Source: Desulfobacterales bacterium (GTDB lineage Bacteria > Desulfobacterota > Desulfobacteria > Desulfobacterales > JAFDDL01). Taken from it: a stretch of DNA of 64,000 bases. The stretch spans positions 4,143,979-4,207,978 of the forward strand of contig CAXXXZ010000002.1 in the NCBI GenBank assembly GCA_963675725.2, written 5' to 3'. The position numbers were made by a program, and so were the translations under genes. Positions 59,180-64,000 of this stretch are shown here, piece after piece. Each line of letters opens with the position of its first letter. The stretch's first letter is position 1. Below the pieces are notes generated by a model. The model saw only the letters and a program-made list of their open reading frames with translations. It made no database searches and was not told the origin of the DNA.

Positions 59180-59842
59180 ATGGTTCGAACAAAAAAACAA
59201 AATGTTTTTATAGCAGTTATTGTCCTTCTTATTATTATTTGTAGTTTACAGGGATGGTTTATCTTCAGACATTTAAATGGCCGTTCCCCAGAAAAAGATA
59301 TTTTCAGCGACACGAAAAGATTTTCATCTTTTCTGGAAAAGCAATTCAGGATTGACAGAGATCGAAAGTGGAATCTGTTTGATCGGTTCTTTGATGATGA
59401 TTTCTTCTCCAGCCGGCCAGATCCTTTTGAAGAGATGCGGCAGCTTCATAACCGATTTGAAAGTATGATGAGCGAGTCGTCGCGAAAAATGTTCAAAGAT
59501 TCTTGGAACGACTGGTTTGAAGATCGCTTCTTCGGCGGCTCCAAGGACATTGATATTCGTACCGATGAGAAAGATGATGTTTACTTGATTACGATTGGAA
59601 TTCTAAATCTTAAAGAGAATAATCTAAACATTAACATTAATGCTAAGGGGATTTCCGTCGAAGGGAACTTCTCTCAAACGATAGAGAAAACAGATGGAAA
59701 TGGAAAAGTAATCAGAAAACAGGAGGTACGTCAACGGTTGTCAAAGTTGATTCCCATCCCTGGGGACGCAGACGCTGATAATGCCAAAATTGACCACGAA
59801 AAAGACAAGATCCTTATTTCTTTACCCAAAAAAAAATCCTAA
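59180..59842 (+). CDS. membrane-anchored divergent alpha-crystallin-domain protein
   Basis: N-terminal TM helix VFIAVIVLLIIICSL. ACD-like region IDIRTDEKDDVYLITIGILNLKENNLNININAKGISVEG...AKIDHEKDKILISLPKK. Confidence 0.6.
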   Translation: MVRTKKQNVFIAVIVLLIIICSLQGWFIFRHLNGRSPEKDIFSDTKRFSSFLEKQFRIDRDRKWNLFDRFFDDDFFSSRPDPFEEMRQLHNRFESMMSESSRKMFKDSWNDWFEDRFFGGSKDIDIRTDEKDDVYLITIGILNLKENNLNININAKGISVEGNFSQTIEKTDGNGKVIRKQEVRQRLSKLIPIPGDADADNAKIDHEKDKILISLPKKKS

Positions 59843-60058
59843 AGTGATGTTTCGGTTAAACACCGAACACCCATATTGCAATAAAAAATTCTAATACCAT
59901 AATTGTGCGAACAAACTGTGAATTCCAGGAATTAATGGCCAACAACGTTCTTGAATATCCTTATCCTTGACATGCCGTCTTATTTTCTCTATTATTTTTT
60001 TATAAAAAACAATGCCTTATCACTTAATGATCACCGATCATCCAGACAGGAGGGTGGC

Positions 60059-62008
60059 ATGCAAGAATTCACAGGCGGATATGCTGGACGGATTTTGTTT
60101 TTGGATCTTTCCACCGGGAGTGTTAAAGAAATTCCGACCGAGAACTATTCTCCCCTATTCCTTGGCGGCAGAGGGATCGCTGCAAAGATATACTGGGATG
60201 AGGTCCCTCCCGACATATCACCTTTTGATCCGAAAAACCGACTGATCTTCATAACCGGCCCGGTAACTGCCGCCACGGGCTTCTGTGGTTCACGCTGGCA
60301 GGTGTGCGGCAAATCGCCTCTGCATAACACCTATAATTACAGCAACCTCGGCGGGAGTTGGGGTGCCCAGCTGAAACGGGCCGGATATGACGGGCTGGTG
60401 GTTTCCGGGCAGGCGGACAAACCGGTCTATCTGTTGGTAACCAATCATGGGGTGGAGATAAGATCGGCTGATCATTTAAGCGGTCAGGGCGCGATTAAAT
60501 GCCGAGAGACACTGAAAGAGGAACTTGGAAAGAGCGTTAGTGTGGTTACCATCGGACCGGCCGCTGAAAACGGGGTTGTCTATGCAACTTTGATTGCCGA
60601 CACGGATGCCAGTGGCGGCGGTGGTTTGGCGGCGGTAATGGGTGCGAAGAACCTTAAGGCCATTGCGGTCAAAGGGGAGGGGAAGATCCTGCCGGCGGAT
60701 GCGGAGCGGCTGCTCGCACTCAAGGAACGGTCTCTCACCATCATGTCCGGCCTTGACGAGGAGTTTGTCTCCGGTGTCGCCCCCTTTCGTGATTTGGTTC
60801 CCTTTGAGAAGACGACAAAGGCAGTGTGTTATAGCTGCACCGGACATCAGTGCATTCGCAGGAATTATCGGATGGATGACGGTCAAAAAGGCAAATTCAT
60901 GTGCGGGTCCTCCTTCCTGTACATTGCCTGGGCAGACGCTTATTACGGCAAACCCACCGATGTCCCCTTTCAGGTCAACAAACTCTGCGATGATTACGGC
61001 CTCGACACCCACACAGTAGAACCGCTGATCCTGTGGCTTGACCTTTGCCACAAGGCGGGGATACTGACCGAAGCGGAAACCGGCCTGCCCTTTTCCAAGA
61101 TCGGCAGCCTGGAATACATGGACGCCCTCGTGAAGAAGATATCGTACCGGGAAGGCATCGGCGATATCCTGGCACAGGGAACGCTCAAGGCCGCCGAGAG
61201 TCTTGGCAAAGAAGCGCAGGGATTGACGGCAGACTTCATCAACCGAAACGATAACAGGCCTTATTACGGCCCCAGGCTCTATTTGACCACCGGACTGTTC
61301 TATGCCTTTGAGCCCAGACTTCCTATTCAACACCTTCATGAAGTCGCTACGCTCGCCATGCGATGGTCGCTCAACGAGATACAAAAACCGGAGAAACCAG
61401 GGGTTACGACCGCTGTCATGCGGGCAATCGCCAAACGGTTCTGGGGAAGCGAGGTGGCTGGCGACTTTTCTACTTACGATGACAAGGCCATGGCGGCAGC
61501 AAAGATTCTGGACCGTCAGTATGCCAAGGAATCTCTTATTCTTTGTGATTACAATTGGCCGATCATGTACTCGGAAGCTACCGATGATAAGGTCGGCGAC
61601 CCGACTTTGGAAAGCCAGATCTGTTCGGCTGTAACAGGAAAGGAAGTGGACGAAGGGGGGCTCTACCGCATTGGAGAGCGGGCGTTCAACCTCCAGCGAG
61701 CCATCTTGATCAGAGAGGGGTGCCAGGGGAGAGCCGATGATACGCTGGAAGAGTATGAGTTTACCTGTCCCGTGACAGAAATTACGGCATTTGGTAATCC
61801 GGAGGCCCTGATACCGGGAAAGGATGGCCAAACCATGTCAAGGAAGGATCTCGCCGTCGACAGGAAGGAATTCGAACGGATGAAGGATGAGTTCTATGAG
61901 CTCCGAGGGTGGGACGTTAAGACCGGATTGCAGAAGAAAACCAAGCTGGAAGCACTTGATCTTTCGGATGTAGCTGAAACCATGGCGGCAGGCGGTTTAG
62001 TCAAATAA
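60059..62008 (+). CDS. aldehyde:ferredoxin oxidoreductase family (tungstopterin) enzyme
   Basis: GYAGRILFLDLSTGSVKEIPTENY..LGGRGIAAKIYWDE N-terminal AOR domain. 649 aa from the ATG behind GGAGGG. Confidence 0.85.
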   Translation: MQEFTGGYAGRILFLDLSTGSVKEIPTENYSPLFLGGRGIAAKIYWDEVPPDISPFDPKNRLIFITGPVTAATGFCGSRWQVCGKSPLHNTYNYSNLGGSWGAQLKRAGYDGLVVSGQADKPVYLLVTNHGVEIRSADHLSGQGAIKCRETLKEELGKSVSVVTIGPAAENGVVYATLIADTDASGGGGLAAVMGAKNLKAIAVKGEGKILPADAERLLALKERSLTIMSGLDEEFVSGVAPFRDLVPFEKTTKAVCYSCTGHQCIRRNYRMDDGQKGKFMCGSSFLYIAWADAYYGKPTDVPFQVNKLCDDYGLDTHTVEPLILWLDLCHKAGILTEAETGLPFSKIGSLEYMDALVKKISYREGIGDILAQGTLKAAESLGKEAQGLTADFINRNDNRPYYGPRLYLTTGLFYAFEPRLPIQHLHEVATLAMRWSLNEIQKPEKPGVTTAVMRAIAKRFWGSEVAGDFSTYDDKAMAAAKILDRQYAKESLILCDYNWPIMYSEATDDKVGDPTLESQICSAVTGKEVDEGGLYRIGERAFNLQRAILIREGCQGRADDTLEEYEFTCPVTEITAFGNPEALIPGKDGQTMSRKDLAVDRKEFERMKDEFYELRGWDVKTGLQKKTKLEALDLSDVAETMAAGGLVK

Positions 62009-62135
62009 TGGGAAAAGGGAGGCGCAAGTGGAAACGCTTAATGCTACATTTGAGGCTGGGTATTCCCCCCTGTCTTGCCTGAGGAAAGGATATACGTTCT
62101 ACGGAAGATAACGGTAATGGATGCATAGATAATGA

Positions 62136-62167
62136 AGACCCGGCCGCTTTGACCGGGTCTTTTTTTT
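62136..62167 (+). terminator. rho-independent terminator
   Basis: AGACCCGG-ccgctttga-CCGGGTCT followed by T8. Same stem sequence as the terminator at 59103. Confidence 0.8.
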
Positions 62168-62198
62168 ATCATCAATGTAACCCATTTATTTTTCATGT

Positions 62199-64000
62199 TT
62201 ATTTGGCTTGCTCTCGTTTCTTCGAGGGATACCACAAGATCGGCGTTGAAAATTGCTGCCAGCCCCACCGAATGATGCCAACCAGCCAGAAAGAGACCCA
62301 CAGGGCCCAGGCAAGCATTGCCGAACGATAAGCGAGCATTGGGATTGAGATCACCCAGGCCTGGGGGAGCGTATTGCCGCTGATGTCGTGGTACCATTTT
62401 AAAAGGCCCCGGTGGGATCCGTTGCCAATGATGTTCATGTCAGGGTGGCCGAGAAGCCCATTCGAAATTGCAAAAAGAAGAGCCCCCATGGCCAGAAGTG
62501 TGAGAATGAGAATACCGATCTGGACAAGATTAAAATGGTTTTTTTCGAGGGTTTCAGTCGCTTTTTTCCCCTTTAACGCCAACGCCATTAACCAGGCCAC
62601 CACAAGGAGGCACGCCGCAAGGTTGCTCATGGACATCCCGATACCGAGGAGCAGCCATTCATAAAAGCCAAGGGGGGTTAAACCGGTTTTTGACAGGCCA
62701 AAGGCAACGAGCACAACTACAAATAGAACGGACCAGAAAAGGACCGCCGGGCCTACCAGTTGCGCGCCACCCATAAACAGTGGCCACCGATTCCTGGGTA
62801 GATGGACATCCGTACTGCTATTTACAGAGGGGGCGCCAAGGTCGATCTGAGCCGTTTCATAGGTCGTCTTTATTCCTCCCGATTCCCGCCACTTTACTTC
62901 AATTTTCTGATTGCCGGGAATGATAGGAAAGGTAATGCGACTTCCTTCTTGGCGAATCGGTTGGACCTGTGCGTTTATTTTTACTTCCTGAAGGGAGGCC
63001 TCGGTAGGCAATGAGATTGTATGTTGTCCCCCTTGACTGCTTTTAATCCCGAGGATCAATTCTGCATCCGTTGATCGCTGTCCCGGGTGTAAAACCAGGT
63101 GGCTTCTTTCAATCGTAAGGGTTCTGCCTTCAACGCCTGACGGCCGGGTTATGGTCAGTTGAACCGTTTCTCCCGGCCACGGGTGCCACGTGGGGTGCCA
63201 GCGGTTTCCGAGCTGGTGCATAATTACCGGAATGCCGTCGTAGGCCATATGAAAAATCGGGCTGACGTCAACCTTCCAGATTTCTGTCCAATCGGCTGTT
63301 TCGGGATGTGTGAGGGGGATGGTCTCTGAAAGCGCTAAAAAAGACTCCCACTTAAAAAAAGCCTGATTTGCGCCAAGGGTTACCTGGGCAACACCGTTTT
63401 TAACTGAAACCCCTTCAGTGGTAACAGACTCTCCTGGCAACAGGGGAATATTGAGAATAACGGCGGATCCGGCGGGGCTGCGTCGTTGAATGGTTGTTTC
63501 GACTTTCCAGATCAGGCCGAGCAGAAGATTCCGTTCCACCAATACAAAAGGTGGCAAGACACCGGTTTCAAGGACCTCCAATGTGGCATTTTCCTGTTCG
63601 CTGATGCGCTTGAATTGCAATTGCTCTTCGAGGGTGTCGTCCGGACGCAGCCCCTCCACTGACCAGCCCGTTGCATGGATGGTAACATGGTGCGGTTTTA
63701 ATAGAAACGGCAGTTGAAGCGTATTTTGCTGTCTGATGCGGCCGGAGAGTGTTACCATATGCTTTCCTTCCGGCATAAGGGCCCACAGGCCGGTTTGATT
63801 GCGAAAAAGTCCGGTGGCAGATTGACCATCGATGCGTATTTTTTGGGGCAACCAGTGCTCGGTGTGACTTGGCAATGGTACCGCCGTATCCACCTGAGCA
63901 TCTACTTGGAGGGTAAGATTCAAATTATCAGGCGTGATGGTGATAGCGCTGTTTGAAATACTTGCGCAGCCCGGAAAGCATTCGTTCTTTTCAAGAAGTC
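62199..64000 (-). CDS. large membrane protein of unknown function (5' end beyond window)
   Basis: The minus-strand frame stays open to base 64000 upstream of the TTG at 63921-23. Beta-rich extracytoplasmic body, then about 5 C-terminal TM helices. Confidence 0.6.
   Translation of the reverse strand, partial: LLEKNECFPGCASISNSAITITPDNLNLTLQVDAQVDTAVPLPSHTEHWLPQKIRIDGQSATGLFRNQTGLWALMPEGKHMVTLSGRIRQQNTLQLPFLLKPHHVTIHATGWSVEGLRPDDTLEEQLQFKRISEQENATLEVLETGVLPPFVLVERNLLLGLIWKVETTIQRRSPAGSAVILNIPLLPGESVTTEGVSVKNGVAQVTLGANQAFFKWESFLALSETIPLTHPETADWTEIWKVDVSPIFHMAYDGIPVIMHQLGNRWHPTWHPWPGETVQLTITRPSGVEGRTLTIERSHLVLHPGQRSTDAELILGIKSSQGGQHTISLPTEASLQEVKINAQVQPIRQEGSRITFPIIPGNQKIEVKWRESGGIKTTYETAQIDLGAPSVNSSTDVHLPRNRWPLFMGGAQLVGPAVLFWSVLFVVVLVAFGLSKTGLTPLGFYEWLLLGIGMSMSNLAACLLVVAWLMALALKGKKATETLEKNHFNLVQIGILILTLLAMGALLFAISNGLLGHPDMNIIGNGSHRGLLKWYHDISGNTLPQAWVISIPMLAYRSAMLAWALWVSFWLVGIIRWGWQQFSTPILWYPSKKREQAK

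Overview
This looks like a chromosomal segment from an anaerobic, Desulfobacterales-like deltaproteobacterium. That guess rests only on gene content (tungsten AOR, BcrAD-type activase, B12-radical-SAM enzymes, sigma54 enhancer-binding proteins), with no database search. I recognised no rRNA, tRNA, CRISPR array, transposase or integrase.

Layout, left to right:
- 1-19.4 kb: housekeeping and proteostasis genes. These are ftsH (3' part), a short DnaG-like primase, clsB, 2 hsp20, a Pat-like ACS/GNAT plus an aldehyde dehydrogenase, cbpA-cbpM, an orphan groEL, ptsP, an MFS transporter and a PAS sigma54 activator.
- 19.4-35 kb: an accessory-looking stress region. A conserved regulatory cassette (palindromic UAS, A/T-rich spacer, GG-N10-GC sigma54 promoter) occurs three times intact and once degenerate. 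It sits in front of BON, CsbD, lmo0937-like, Thivi_2564-like, DUF4398/OmpA and small-protein/radical-SAM genes. The region also holds two decayed copies of the activator gene, a deletion-junction remnant and a more G+C-rich trkHA insert.
- 35-42 kb: a GT4/GT4/GH130/GH130 glycan operon bracketed by two paralogous unannotated Lys-rich microproteins.
- 42-48 kb, minus strand: a B12-radical-SAM gene and a 1416-aa double activase/DUF2229 fusion.
- 48-64 kb: mixed redox and small genes, an orphan PII-like gene, a truncated J-protein, four more hsp20-type genes, an AOR and a large membrane protein that runs off the window.

All family calls come from motifs read by eye and remembered family signatures. 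None is database-verified.
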